Below are positions 48,343-58,321 of a stretch of 64,000 nt of DNA, in pieces; within the stretch, counting starts at the first letter, position 1; every line of letters starts with the position of its first letter. The DNA is taken from the NCBI GenBank assembly GCA_964601615.1, contig CAZRNZ010000001.1, positions 185,968 through 249,967 of the forward strand, given 5' to 3'. The position numbers and the translations under genes were made by a program. The notes under the pieces are model-generated. The model had not been told where the DNA came from and ran no database searches. It saw nothing but the letters and a program-made list of their open reading frames with translations. This DNA comes from an uncultured Candidatus Saccharibacteria bacterium. GTDB taxonomy: Bacteria > Patescibacteriota > Minisyncoccia > Phycocordibacterales > UBA918.

Positions 48343-50034
48343 ATGAAAAATATTTCCACTAGTGACATAACAAGATTAGTAAAAGAAAACTGGCAAGCTG
48401 GGCTAACTGTAGCAATGATTTCTATTCCGCTTTCTATTGCTCTTTCTATTGCTTCTGGCGCTGGTCCACTCCCAGGAATTATTACAGGAATTGTTGCTAC
48501 ATTGGTAGCAGGAATTTTTGGTGGAAATCATTTTAATATCGTGGGTGCAGCCGGCGCTTTAGCGACCATTCTTTTTGCTGCTACACTTGCTGCACCAGGA
48601 GGATTAGGTGCTTCTGTCTTACCTTTTATTGCGTTAGTAACTGGTTTTATTATTTTGGCAGTCTGGTTCTTTAAGCTAGACAGATTTCTTTATTATATTC
48701 CATCTAGTGTGATGTATGGCTTCGCTGCCGGTGTTGCTCTACTTATTGCTGCCTCACAACTTTTTGATGCTACTGGACTTTCACACCTTACTCGTACAGG
48801 ACATTTAACTGGTGATATTGAAAAATTTATTGAAAATATTGGTGAAGTTCACCTTGCTTCAGTGTTAGTTTTTGCGATTTTCCTTGGTTTAATTTTACTT
48901 TTTAAGAAGTTCGTTAAAAAAATTCCAGCTGTTATTCCAGCTGCCATCTTTGGTATTATCTTCGGTTATTTAACTTCAGGTACTGACTTGGGAATTACAA
49001 CTCTGGCAGACAAATTTGGCACATTTACTGCCACACTTATCTTACCCGTATCTTGGGAAGCCTTAGCTTTGTTTAAAGATTCTTCTGCTTTGATTTGGAT
49101 TCTACAAGTTTCTGGAGTTGTGGCTTTGGTAGCAATTTTGGAAACACTTATTACCGCAAAATTGGCTGACAAACTAACTCGACGTGACTCATCTTCTTCT
49201 CGCGAACTTCTTGGTCTTTCTCTAGCCAATATGGCCAGTGGTTTGGCTGGTGGACTACCTGCAACTGGTGTATTTATCAGAACAGGTGCAAACATCAAAG
49301 CAGGAGCAACTCACCGCACTAGTGCCATTTTAACGGCTGTTTTCACTGCTTTAATTGCTCTTTTGGTATTACCTTTATTTACCTATCTACCAATGGCAGT
49401 TATTGCAGCTATATTGGTAAACACTGCTTTAGGACTGCTCGAAATTCATAAGTTTAAAGAGTTTTTCGCTCGCGAAAAAGAAAGTTTCTTTATCGCTATT
49501 TTAGTAGCAATCATTACAATCTTCCACGATGCTGGGCTAGGAGTAACTATTGGAGCGGTTGTAGCACTAATACTATTCGCACAAAAGATTTCTCGTGGAC
49601 GTTTTGATGTTATTTGGAATTTCACCGATGGAAAAAAAGAAGATGTACGTGGTGAAAGACATATTTCCTTACCTGAGGAAAAGAAAGTTAAGGTTGCTAC
49701 TTATTCTGTCGCTGGAAATATGGGTTACATTGACGCCGAAAGACATCGTCTAAACCTAAAGAAAATGGCAAACTCTGACCAAATTGAAAATGTAATTATT
49801 CGTCTGCGCGACTTATTCTCTATCGATATTGAAGGAGTGGACGCTCTAGATGAAGCTGTACAAGAATTGAAAAAGAAAGGTAAAGGTGTTTACTTCTCTT
49901 CAGTTTCTAAAAGTATTCTTGATGAACTATTAATCGTTCCAACATTCATTGAATTGAGTGAGAAACATCGCTTTAATCGTAAGACTGTAGATATTTTGAA
50001 AGAGCTTGGAGTGGAAGCAAACAACGCACAGTAA
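48343..50034 (+). CDS. SulP-family anion permease with C-terminal STAS domain
   Basis: ~11 TM helices, STAS domain at the C-terminus. Confidence 0.8.
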   Translation: MKNISTSDITRLVKENWQAGLTVAMISIPLSIALSIASGAGPLPGIITGIVATLVAGIFGGNHFNIVGAAGALATILFAATLAAPGGLGASVLPFIALVTGFIILAVWFFKLDRFLYYIPSSVMYGFAAGVALLIAASQLFDATGLSHLTRTGHLTGDIEKFIENIGEVHLASVLVFAIFLGLILLFKKFVKKIPAVIPAAIFGIIFGYLTSGTDLGITTLADKFGTFTATLILPVSWEALALFKDSSALIWILQVSGVVALVAILETLITAKLADKLTRRDSSSSRELLGLSLANMASGLAGGLPATGVFIRTGANIKAGATHRTSAILTAVFTALIALLVLPLFTYLPMAVIAAILVNTALGLLEIHKFKEFFAREKESFFIAILVAIITIFHDAGLGVTIGAVVALILFAQKISRGRFDVIWNFTDGKKEDVRGERHISLPEEKKVKVATYSVAGNMGYIDAERHRLNLKKMANSDQIENVIIRLRDLFSIDIEGVDALDEAVQELKKKGKGVYFSSVSKSILDELLIVPTFIELSEKHRFNRKTVDILKELGVEANNAQ

Positions 50035-50056
50035 ATAGTTGTTGAGCTAAAGATTT

Positions 50057-50089
50057 AAATAGCGCGCCAGCGAAGCCGGCGCGCTATTT
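50057..50089. terminator. bidirectional hairpin AATAGCGCGCC...GGCGCGCTATT between convergent genes
   Basis: Between the SulP stop (50034) and the umuC stop (50088). Confidence 0.6.
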
Positions 50090-51350
50090 ATCTTCCACCA
50101 ACCTTCGGCAATTCACTCCAACTACTTACATAATTAGGCGACTTAAAGTCCCTTCTATTACTCCAGCCTGATTTATATTTTAACCTACCAATTGTTACCG
50201 CATCAATTCCAATCTTAGAATTCAAACTATCAATTACCTTCATTAGAGAATTTTTAGATTCCACTTCTGTTGGCTCAGATTCAAATATCATCAATTGTTT
50301 AAACTCATTAGACTTTATATCAGACACCACCACACCGATTTTCTTGTATGGCACTTCTGACTCATAAATCTCCTTCGCTAATTTCCTAGCGTTATCAAGC
50401 AATACTCTTGTATCATCAGTCCAATTTGGCAACAAACACTTATTACTTCCACCACGCAATAACCAATCACCATGACGATTTGTAGTAATTGTCACAGATA
50501 ACATTCGGGCCATCAGATTATTTTTTCGTAGATCCTCCGCCACTTTGGAAACATGAAAAGCAATAGCTTCTTCAATCACAGAAAAAAATTTTGTTTCCTT
50601 AGCCAATGAGCGCGAACTCATAATACTTTTAGGTAATTCGCTACCAAACTGAAACTTCTTAGAAGGAATTCCAGAAAGTTCATCCCATAATCTACTACCA
50701 TTTAAACCAAAATTTTTATCAATCAAGGCTTTATCCTTACTCAAAAAATCAGACACAGTACTGATATTATTTGCCTTCATTTTATCCGCGGTAGACCTTC
50801 CCACTCCCCACAATTCCCCAATGGAAATATCGTGATTTATTCCCTGCCAAATTTCATTGGTAATGACACAAACTCCAGCACCACGCTTTTCTTTCTTACT
50901 GGCGTATTTTGCCATTGTCATAGTTGGTGCCAAACCAAAAGACATTGGTATTCCAACATGTTTCTGCACCAACTTCTTTAATCTCATTAGTTCCACCTCC
51001 GCAGTTTCTATATCAGAAAACTCCATTTCAAAAAATACTTCATCGATTGAGTATTGATAGACATGTCCCAATTCTCTTTCTAAAGTTTCAAATACTCTAT
51101 TTGATATTTCATGATACAAATCAAAGTTAGAAGAAAATACCGCTACTTTGTTTTCCTGCAAAATATCTTTCACTTTGAAGTACGGCACACCCATTGATAT
51201 ACCCAAAGCTTTTACCTCTTCCGAGCGAGCCACAACGTTGCCATCATTACTAGAAAGCACCACCACTGGCTTACCACTTAAATCAGGCCGAAAAAGCCTC
51301 TCACAAGAAGCGAAGAAGTTATTACAGTCAGCTAAGCCAATATATTTCAC
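50088..51350 (-). CDS. umuC: Y-family translesion DNA polymerase (UmuC/DinB-like)
   Basis: N-terminus LADCNNFFASCERLFRPDL...VVVLSSNDG is the hallmark Y-family motif I. 420 aa. Confidence 0.85.
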   Translation of the reverse strand: MKYIGLADCNNFFASCERLFRPDLSGKPVVVLSSNDGNVVARSEEVKALGISMGVPYFKVKDILQENKVAVFSSNFDLYHEISNRVFETLERELGHVYQYSIDEVFFEMEFSDIETAEVELMRLKKLVQKHVGIPMSFGLAPTMTMAKYASKKEKRGAGVCVITNEIWQGINHDISIGELWGVGRSTADKMKANNISTVSDFLSKDKALIDKNFGLNGSRLWDELSGIPSKKFQFGSELPKSIMSSRSLAKETKFFSVIEEAIAFHVSKVAEDLRKNNLMARMLSVTITTNRHGDWLLRGGSNKCLLPNWTDDTRVLLDNARKLAKEIYESEVPYKKIGVVVSDIKSNEFKQLMIFESEPTEVESKNSLMKVIDSLNSKIGIDAVTIGRLKYKSGWSNRRDFKSPNYVSSWSELPKVGGR

Positions 51351-51357
51351 TATTTAA

Positions 51358-51657
51358 TTATAACTTCCGCAAAAGACCTACCACAACTCCCCATAAAACA
51401 GATTCTTCTTTGATATCTTGCTTAATTATTTCTAGTTTCAATTCTCCCTCGACAGTCACGACCGCCAAATCATTTACTTTTGCCGTCAAAGACCTATCTA
51501 CTACCAAGACATCTTGCGCTTTTACATCACTACCAAGCGGACCATCTGACTCCATCTCCATGTAGAAAGTAGCTGAAGGATTCTTCACCAAAAAATTATT
51601 TATATCTAGAGAAAGATGATCTTTCTCATAATCACTTGTACTAAATATTTTGGCCAT
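51358..51657 (-). CDS. UmuD'-like S24-fold protein (catalytic dyad apparently absent)
   Basis: By-eye alignment to UmuD: [29 protein letters not shown] vs NPSATFYMEMESDGPLGSDVKAQDVLVVD. The Ser of GDSM aligns to Gly. No Cys-Gly/Ala-Gly cleavage site in the N-terminus. Confidence 0.6.
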   Translation of the reverse strand: MAKIFSTSDYEKDHLSLDINNFLVKNPSATFYMEMESDGPLGSDVKAQDVLVVDRSLTAKVNDLAVVTVEGELKLEIIKQDIKEESVLWGVVVGLLRKL

Positions 51658-51660
51658 AGA

Positions 51661-52689
51661 CTAAGCAATTACTACACCTCCAGCTACTACAGAATGAAGC
51701 ACAAAAAGCAAAGCCATTACAACAAAAAGTCCAGCACTATATGCTACCTGAACTGAATGTTGTTTACGCCACTCAATAAACATTGAAGACAGAAGAAGTC
51801 CAAATATTATCAAAGCAATTCCTGCATAAACCATTTGTAACAACAATCTAGGTGAAGTTGCAATTTTACCGATAAACGAAGTAGGTTCTTGCTTTATAAC
51901 TTCTCCACCAGAAACTTCTGCCAAAACTGCTCCCTCTACTGAAGTTTCAGCGTAACTTTCATAAACCACAGTTCCTTCATCCGTAACATTTACACTTGTA
52001 TCAACTCCAGCTACCTCACCCTCTACTGGATCAACTACAGTTTCTTCAGGAATAACTAATTCCACTGGTGAAATAGCTGCTGCAATTGGTTCAGCTACGG
52101 CTGGCGTACCAAACATCTGTACCACAAAAACTGTATCGTACCCTTCATAAGTCCCTTTAGCAGTACCAATACCAATCTCACGATAGTTTCCATTCATGAT
52201 ATTAGCTCTGTGGGTAGGAGAATTAAGCCAAGCATCAACTACAGCAGTAGAATCAGTAAAATGCACCGCTAAGTTTTCGCCAGCATGAGCATAAGTGTAT
52301 TTAGCCTGACCAAACCAATACCAAGGAGAAGTTCCATCTGGACTCCAGTGAGCAAAGTATCCTTTTGCCGCCATATCATCAGCCTTAAGCTGTGCTGCCA
52401 CATCTAGCGATGAATTTCTGATCAATGGAGGTAGTGACTCACTAGCGCGAGCTTTGTTGGTAGCATCAGTCACGACTGCCGGTAAAATAGTAGAAACAAG
52501 CCAATCTGAACTAATCCAAACAATTGATTGCAAATTTGCTAGAGCGAAAGAAAGTAGAACCATCATCAACATCAAAACCATAGCGAAGCTTTGCAAACGA
52601 TTTGGCTTCAAACCACCATCTTCTTCTAAAGTATTATCCTCCTTAATTTCATCTGTCATGCCATAAATAATATCATCCTTTCTGACCAA
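51661..52689 (-). CDS. membrane-anchored CAP/SCP (YkwD-like) domain protein
   Basis: TM then GYFAHWSPDGTSPWYW...HAGENLA...GNYREIGIG, typical of the CAP superfamily. Followed 3 nt later by umuD'-like. Confidence 0.7.
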   Translation of the reverse strand: MVRKDDIIYGMTDEIKEDNTLEEDGGLKPNRLQSFAMVLMLMMVLLSFALANLQSIVWISSDWLVSTILPAVVTDATNKARASESLPPLIRNSSLDVAAQLKADDMAAKGYFAHWSPDGTSPWYWFGQAKYTYAHAGENLAVHFTDSTAVVDAWLNSPTHRANIMNGNYREIGIGTAKGTYEGYDTVFVVQMFGTPAVAEPIAAAISPVELVIPEETVVDPVEGEVAGVDTSVNVTDEGTVVYESYAETSVEGAVLAEVSGGEVIKQEPTSFIGKIATSPRLLLQMVYAGIALIIFGLLLSSMFIEWRKQHSVQVAYSAGLFVVMALLFVLHSVVAGGVVIA

Positions 52690-52703
52690 ATATGAAAGAA
52701 AAA

Positions 52704-52732
52704 TGAAAAAGGCCGGAGCTTCGCTCCGGCCT
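52704..52732 (-). terminator. AAGGCCGGAGC-ttcg-GCTCCGGCCTT hairpin flanked by A5/T4
   Basis: Directly after the stop of the 52747..55143 gene. Confidence 0.65.
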
Positions 52733-52746
52733 TTTCCGCCAACAAA

Positions 52747-55143
52747 TTAAGAAATGCTACGCTTTCTCCAGATTACATATCCTGCAATCAAGACAGCTAG
52801 CAAGATAAACCACCAAATCAGATTAAACCAAGAAAATGTATCTTCTTCCTCATCATCACTTTCTTCTTGATTTATAACCAAATCTTCATCCTCAACGATA
52901 ATTTCCTCTTCTTCAATCACCCCCTCAAGAGTAGAAGTAGATGCACTATTATCAGTTGCTTGTGCATTAGCAGTATCAGCAATTCCAAGAACATTACCAG
53001 CCTGATTTTGAGCTGCAATTACTGAAAGTTCTATCAAACGCTGCTTAATAGCCTCAAGTAGTTGATATAGCTCCTCATCTGTGGAAGCGCCTAATACCTG
53101 TGGTATCGGGCCAGTATTTGTGTCACTATCTCTACGACCACCACCACTCGTTCCACCTCCAGTAGAAGGATTAGTTTGTTCTGGTTCAGCAGTAAACGCT
53201 ACAGCCACCCTATATGGCCAATCATTATCTATATTAAAGCCACGTAAACGACCACTATAAGTTGAATCCCAAAATAGTTGATTGTCTATTACATCATTAC
53301 CTATGTAAGGGGCCAAAGCGACATCAGTGTTTAACCCAACATTTAAAGAGTTATACGGTCCATCAACACCAATTGGTGAGTCACCATAGCTTTGCGTATT
53401 GAACTTAACTCCATAAACAATACTATCTGGTACTGTAATTCCTGTTAAATCAAAGACTACAACATGATTATATCCGCTATAACAATTTCCCTCAGTGTCT
53501 TTCCATTGGTTTGTATCGGTACAAATTGGATTAGCTGATGGTCTAAACGGAATATTGAATGTTTGAGTTTTTGAGGTAATTAAATTACCTGCTGTACCAT
53601 CATCCGCCACTTCATAGATATTCAAAGTAATAGGATGAGAGAAAGTCGCACCAGGAGTAGTTTCACAAAGACCAGAATTCCAGGTATTTGACTCACAGGC
53701 CCAACTAGTTAGAGTAATAGCGCCACTCAAGAGATTGCGATTAGTCCCAGCAAAAGTTAATAAATCTCCTACCTCGTAAGTCTGTGTAGCCTGAAATGAG
53801 AGACTTGGATAACTAGGCGGAAGTATTGGAGATATAGCATCGTATATTACATCACCACTTAATGATGGCTTTGTCGGAGAAAGTACTGGATCTGGTACAG
53901 ATAAGACATCAAATCTAACCCAATCAAAGTCCCAATCACGCTCTCCCCCAAGTGCCAGGCGCACTTCTACAGTACTGTCAGCTGAATAAGTCAAAATCCG
54001 AGGCCCTGCACCAAGAGCACATTCTGCTGGTTTTGGCACAGTACGTCCATCTACACATGGTCCAGGATGAATAACATCACCTGTAACGACCGGATGCGCA
54101 GTGCTTCCCACAGAAACTCCATCAATCCGAATTTCGAATCTAGCCAAAGAGTTAGTAGTATTAACAAACTCCAGAGTAATGTCCTCAGTACCTGTAGTTA
54201 GAAGATTAACGTGAGGGCGTTTATCTGTACGATTAGTATCATTTGTACTCGGAAATACATAAGGTAATAGAGGAAGAATATCTGCAACATCCCAACCATT
54301 AGGTTCTACCAAGTTACTATTCTCAACCAAATAATCTGCAGAAGTATTACCATTACTGTAAGTAACAATAATAGCTACCTTAGTAGGAACGTCGTCAGAA
54401 GTCCAAGTGTGAGAACCAAGATTCCAGTATGTTTCTGTATAAGTACCATTTTTAATAATAAATGGAGTACTTAAGGAAGTCTCTCCATTATTTATCAAAT
54501 CAAGTAGAGCTTGATTGTGATTATTTTCTACAATCAAATCACCTCCCTTATAGAGCTGGACCTTGACCGCACTAACAGTGCCAAATTCCTTCTCTAGAGT
54601 AAAACCTACATTTATACCCTCGTAATCATCACCTACATGGGTATTAAAGTTTGTGGCAGTAACCACATGAGATATCACTGGTTCAGTGACTGTCACAACC
54701 ATTGTTGCAGGAAGACCTCTATCAACCCCACCTACCTGAGCCTGTACCGATATGGTATAGGTGCCAGCTAAAGCATTTTTGTAACAGAAATTTTCATTCT
54801 TATTTTTATCTGAAACAGTTCTTGTCTGTAGACTTGTACCAAGATCAGTTGTACATTCTGAAGCATTAGCATTAGTAAATACTCCTCCTTTATTGTCATC
54901 GGTCAGTATTAATTCAGTCTGCTCATTGGTTTCATTAACCATATCATCAGTTAGCTGAGCCTGTAAACGTATCGGCACATTAACTTCAGCGGTTACTCCT
55001 GCATGAGCAGAAACACCTACACCCGTACGTGCTGCAAAAGCAGTCAGTGCTCCAAACGGCAAAGAAGTTGCCAGAAGTGCAGCAATACCCAATAAAGATA
55101 CTGTCTTTCGCACTGAATCTGGAAAATTAAATATATAATTCAT
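52747..55143 (-). CDS. large cell-surface protein with C-terminal acidic region and TM anchor
   Basis: Start taken at the signal-peptide Met (MNYIFNFPDSVRKTVSLLGIAALLATSLP), not the upstream Met at 55263. ~800 aa beta-rich, Thr/Asn/Gly-rich. C-terminus is a DEEEE acidic tract, then a TM and KRSIS. Confidence 0.6.
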   Translation of the reverse strand: MNYIFNFPDSVRKTVSLLGIAALLATSLPFGALTAFAARTGVGVSAHAGVTAEVNVPIRLQAQLTDDMVNETNEQTELILTDDNKGGVFTNANASECTTDLGTSLQTRTVSDKNKNENFCYKNALAGTYTISVQAQVGGVDRGLPATMVVTVTEPVISHVVTATNFNTHVGDDYEGINVGFTLEKEFGTVSAVKVQLYKGGDLIVENNHNQALLDLINNGETSLSTPFIIKNGTYTETYWNLGSHTWTSDDVPTKVAIIVTYSNGNTSADYLVENSNLVEPNGWDVADILPLLPYVFPSTNDTNRTDKRPHVNLLTTGTEDITLEFVNTTNSLARFEIRIDGVSVGSTAHPVVTGDVIHPGPCVDGRTVPKPAECALGAGPRILTYSADSTVEVRLALGGERDWDFDWVRFDVLSVPDPVLSPTKPSLSGDVIYDAISPILPPSYPSLSFQATQTYEVGDLLTFAGTNRNLLSGAITLTSWACESNTWNSGLCETTPGATFSHPITLNIYEVADDGTAGNLITSKTQTFNIPFRPSANPICTDTNQWKDTEGNCYSGYNHVVVFDLTGITVPDSIVYGVKFNTQSYGDSPIGVDGPYNSLNVGLNTDVALAPYIGNDVIDNQLFWDSTYSGRLRGFNIDNDWPYRVAVAFTAEPEQTNPSTGGGTSGGGRRDSDTNTGPIPQVLGASTDEELYQLLEAIKQRLIELSVIAAQNQAGNVLGIADTANAQATDNSASTSTLEGVIEEEEIIVEDEDLVINQEESDDEEEDTFSWFNLIWWFILLAVLIAGYVIWRKRSIS

Positions 55144-55386
55144 AAAGATTTCTAAAATTCTGAATAAAACCAAGTAATCTTTGCTAAAAGGAATCTTGTA
55201 TATAAATAAACCGCACGCACAAACTAGTGCATGCGGTCTAGGCCGTCCAATATCTATATCCAAGAATTTTCCATTCAGCGTTCATGGTTAACCTCATTAT
55301 ATCACCTATTTTTATAGTCAACCATAGTGTGTGGAAAACAAAAAACCGTGCAAATGCACGGTTTTTGTTGAGAAACTTAGTAAAAA

Positions 55387-57156
55387 CTAGTTTGTTTGTC
55401 CAAGCAACTCTTGTAGACGCTTGATAGCAGCCTCAAGAAGTGCGCGTAGAGCAGCTTCGTCTGTAGTTGAAATTACAGTTTCAGCATTCATAGCGGCACG
55501 AGTAAGTGGACCGAAAAATCCAGTTGCACTAATACCCTTAGAAGTCTGATATGTACGCACAGCAGCTTCAGTCATAGTGCCAAAATAACCTGTTGGAGCT
55601 TCGATATTTAGAAGACCCTTAGCAATAAGAACCTTCTGTAACTCAACCACATCAGAGTGAGTAGAACCAACACCTAGATCAACATTGAATTTGAATGAAG
55701 ATACAGCAGATGTAGCCTCTCCCAGAACCTGTCCTTCAGGAATAGTTGTAGTTTCTACTGTTGTAGCACGACTACCTCCACGAGAACCGCCTGTTGAACC
55801 ACCACCATTATTAACTGGAGCTGGTTTAAGATTATATTCAAAACCTGCACCAACTTCAGTTTTATTGTACTGAGAATTAGTATCTACAACAAACACGTCA
55901 GTCTTAGCTTTATCGTCAATCCAAATAGCTGGCTTCCCCTCAGCATCAGAGTGGGTGCTTTTACCGTTAATAGTTAATTTAGCCTCGGTTTCAACATTAA
56001 CACCACGGTCAACGTTTACACCATTCCAACCATTGTTCTTAGTAGTCAAATTATTAACAGTTACAGTTGAACCATTAACAAGAAGACCTGACTTGCCGTT
56101 ATTCTGTACAGTTACGTCATTAAGAGTAACACCTGTAGCCTTCCAAACTTGGATACCATGCTTATCAGCATTACCTCCAACAACTAGGTTATTTAGAGCA
56201 ACATCAGAAGCAGTTATAAGAACGTAGCCCTTAATTTCTGAAGAATTACCAGTGATTGTTACTGACTTGTTGATTGTGATATCTCCAACGAATTCTCCTT
56301 TTGAAAGTTTTACAACTTCATCAACACCAGCATTCTCTATAGCAGAAGCAATAGAAGGATAGATCGTGATTGTATCACCTCTTACAATGTAAGCATTATT
56401 TACCAAATCTCGATCAGTCCAAATCTTCTTTGAAGAAGACTGAGCAAATACTACATATTCATTAAAACCTGAAGCATCAACAATTCCATAACCATTTTTG
56501 CCATCAGACCAAATTTGATTAGTCTCTGAAAGAGAGCCATTGACTAGGGTAAATTCAGCCCCAGTAACATCAACGTTTACAGCACCCCAAGCATTACCTG
56601 AAGTAGTTAAACCATCAACATTAACACTAGACTTGTTAACAGTAAGACCAGACTGATTGTTATTAACTATATTGACATTAGTCAAAGAAACATTTGATGA
56701 GTTAAAAATATTTACACCATGCTGTTTGGTTTTTTTGTTTATACCATTAACAGTAATATCTTTAATTGAGACATTTTGTGTATCAATTACACCAATTATA
56801 GAATTATCAATACCATTTTCAGTCCACTCATAATTATGTGTCAAAGTGAAACCAGCACCATCAAGATTAATAGATTTCTTAATAGTAACTTGCTTATCAA
56901 GTTCAATGTCAGTTAGTAGAACCACTGTATTACCCTCAGTTGCAGCAGAAATTGCAGCATGAATTGTTTCATATTCAGTACCATTAACTTCAGCTACTTT
57001 TACAACTTCTTGCACCTCAGGATCTTGAGATGCAGGTTCAACTCCATCTTCAGCTCCAGCAAAAAATGGAGCTGATAAAAATGCCACTGCAAGCATTAGA
57101 GTACCTGCAACTAAGCGTGTCTCGAAGGACATCTTACTAATTGAATTAGTAAACAT
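55387..57156 (-). CDS. secreted right-handed beta-helix (pectin-lyase-like) protein with C-terminal peptidoglycan-binding domain
   Basis: Signal peptide, repeated NxxG/VNG beta-helix turns, Gly-rich linker. C-terminal PG_binding_1-like VVELQKVLIAKGLL...TGYFGTMTEAAVRTYQ...GISATGFFGPLTRAAM. Confidence 0.65.
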   Translation of the reverse strand: MFTNSISKMSFETRLVAGTLMLAVAFLSAPFFAGAEDGVEPASQDPEVQEVVKVAEVNGTEYETIHAAISAATEGNTVVLLTDIELDKQVTIKKSINLDGAGFTLTHNYEWTENGIDNSIIGVIDTQNVSIKDITVNGINKKTKQHGVNIFNSSNVSLTNVNIVNNNQSGLTVNKSSVNVDGLTTSGNAWGAVNVDVTGAEFTLVNGSLSETNQIWSDGKNGYGIVDASGFNEYVVFAQSSSKKIWTDRDLVNNAYIVRGDTITIYPSIASAIENAGVDEVVKLSKGEFVGDITINKSVTITGNSSEIKGYVLITASDVALNNLVVGGNADKHGIQVWKATGVTLNDVTVQNNGKSGLLVNGSTVTVNNLTTKNNGWNGVNVDRGVNVETEAKLTINGKSTHSDAEGKPAIWIDDKAKTDVFVVDTNSQYNKTEVGAGFEYNLKPAPVNNGGGSTGGSRGGSRATTVETTTIPEGQVLGEATSAVSSFKFNVDLGVGSTHSDVVELQKVLIAKGLLNIEAPTGYFGTMTEAAVRTYQTSKGISATGFFGPLTRAAMNAETVISTTDEAALRALLEAAIKRLQELLGQTN

Positions 57157-57542
57157 AAATAAATTAAACTTTTAATTATTAAACCCCTTCCTTCGAAACG
57201 AACGAATTGACGAAATACTACCTTGATAAGATTGTATTTCAATGCAACCCAAACTATACACAATATATAGTCAATTTGTCAATAGATAATATTTCATTGA
57301 GTTTTCAGCAAAATATATTGTCACATTAATTTAATTCCCAATAACACAGACTAGGCTTTAGCTATACATAAAAATAAACCCCACACGAACTTAATCGCGT
57401 GCGGTTCATAGACCATCTCTTTGATTCAATATATGTACAGTTACTCGCCAGTAGTGAGTGTTGATTGTTAAGAAATATTATAACTTATATATTTTTGTAT
57501 ACAAATTAAAATAAGTTATCCTCACTTATTTTAAAAAAGATA

Positions 57543-58271
57543 ATGCTACAATTAGCAGAATATATGGAGGTTCGTTTGAATAAATATTTAGCTGATAGAA
57601 AGCTAGCTAGTCGTCGTGAGGCTGATGTTCTTATTGCTGAAGGAAAAGTGTTGGTTAATGGTAAGAAAGCAGTTATTGGCCAAAAAGTATCAGAAGATGA
57701 TCTGATAAAGCTCGCCCCAAACGCTACTAAAGCTAAATTATATCTAGCCTACTACAAAGGAGCTGGTATCATCACCCACTCACCCAATAAAGAAAAGGGA
57801 GAAACTGATATCGTTACCCGAGTCAAAAAAGACTACGGAATTAAGGATATTTTTCCAGTTGGACGACTTGATAAAGCTTCTGAAGGTCTAATAATCCTCA
57901 CTAATGACGGACTAATTACTGGTGCACTACTTGAACCAGGTAATGAAAACGAAAAGGAATACGAGGTTATTGTTGATAAACCAATTACTGGTAGATTTTT
58001 GAAGAAATTAGCAGAAGGAGTTGATATTGAAGGTTATCAAACCAAACCAACTCTAACTTCAAAGAAAAACGACAAAGTCTTTCGTATTGTATTAACTGAA
58101 GGCAAGAAGCACCAGATTCGTCGTATGTGTGCAGCCTTAGGATATCAAGTACAAAACCTAAAACGTGTTCGTATCTTAAATATTAAACTGGAGAAGCTAA
58201 AGCCAAATCAGTATCGAAAGATTACTGGAAAAGAATTGACTGACTTTTTGAAAGAATTGGGGTTGGGGTAA
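57543..58271 (+). CDS. rRNA pseudouridine synthase (RsuA/RluB family)
   Basis: S4 domain RLNKYLADRKLASRREAD..., catalytic Asp in PVGRLDKASEGLIILTNDG. Confidence 0.85.
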   Translation: MLQLAEYMEVRLNKYLADRKLASRREADVLIAEGKVLVNGKKAVIGQKVSEDDLIKLAPNATKAKLYLAYYKGAGIITHSPNKEKGETDIVTRVKKDYGIKDIFPVGRLDKASEGLIILTNDGLITGALLEPGNENEKEYEVIVDKPITGRFLKKLAEGVDIEGYQTKPTLTSKKNDKVFRIVLTEGKKHQIRRMCAALGYQVQNLKRVRILNIKLEKLKPNQYRKITGKELTDFLKELGLG

Positions 58272-58274
58272 CAA

Positions 58275-58306
58275 AAGAGGGGCGCCTACGGCGCCCCTCT
58301 TTTAAC
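58275..58306. terminator. bidirectional hairpin AAGAGGGGCGCC-tac-GGCGCCCCTCTT flanked by A/T runs
   Basis: Between convergent rsuA-like and typA. Confidence 0.7.
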
Positions 58307-58321
58307 ATCTTAACCCCTCTA

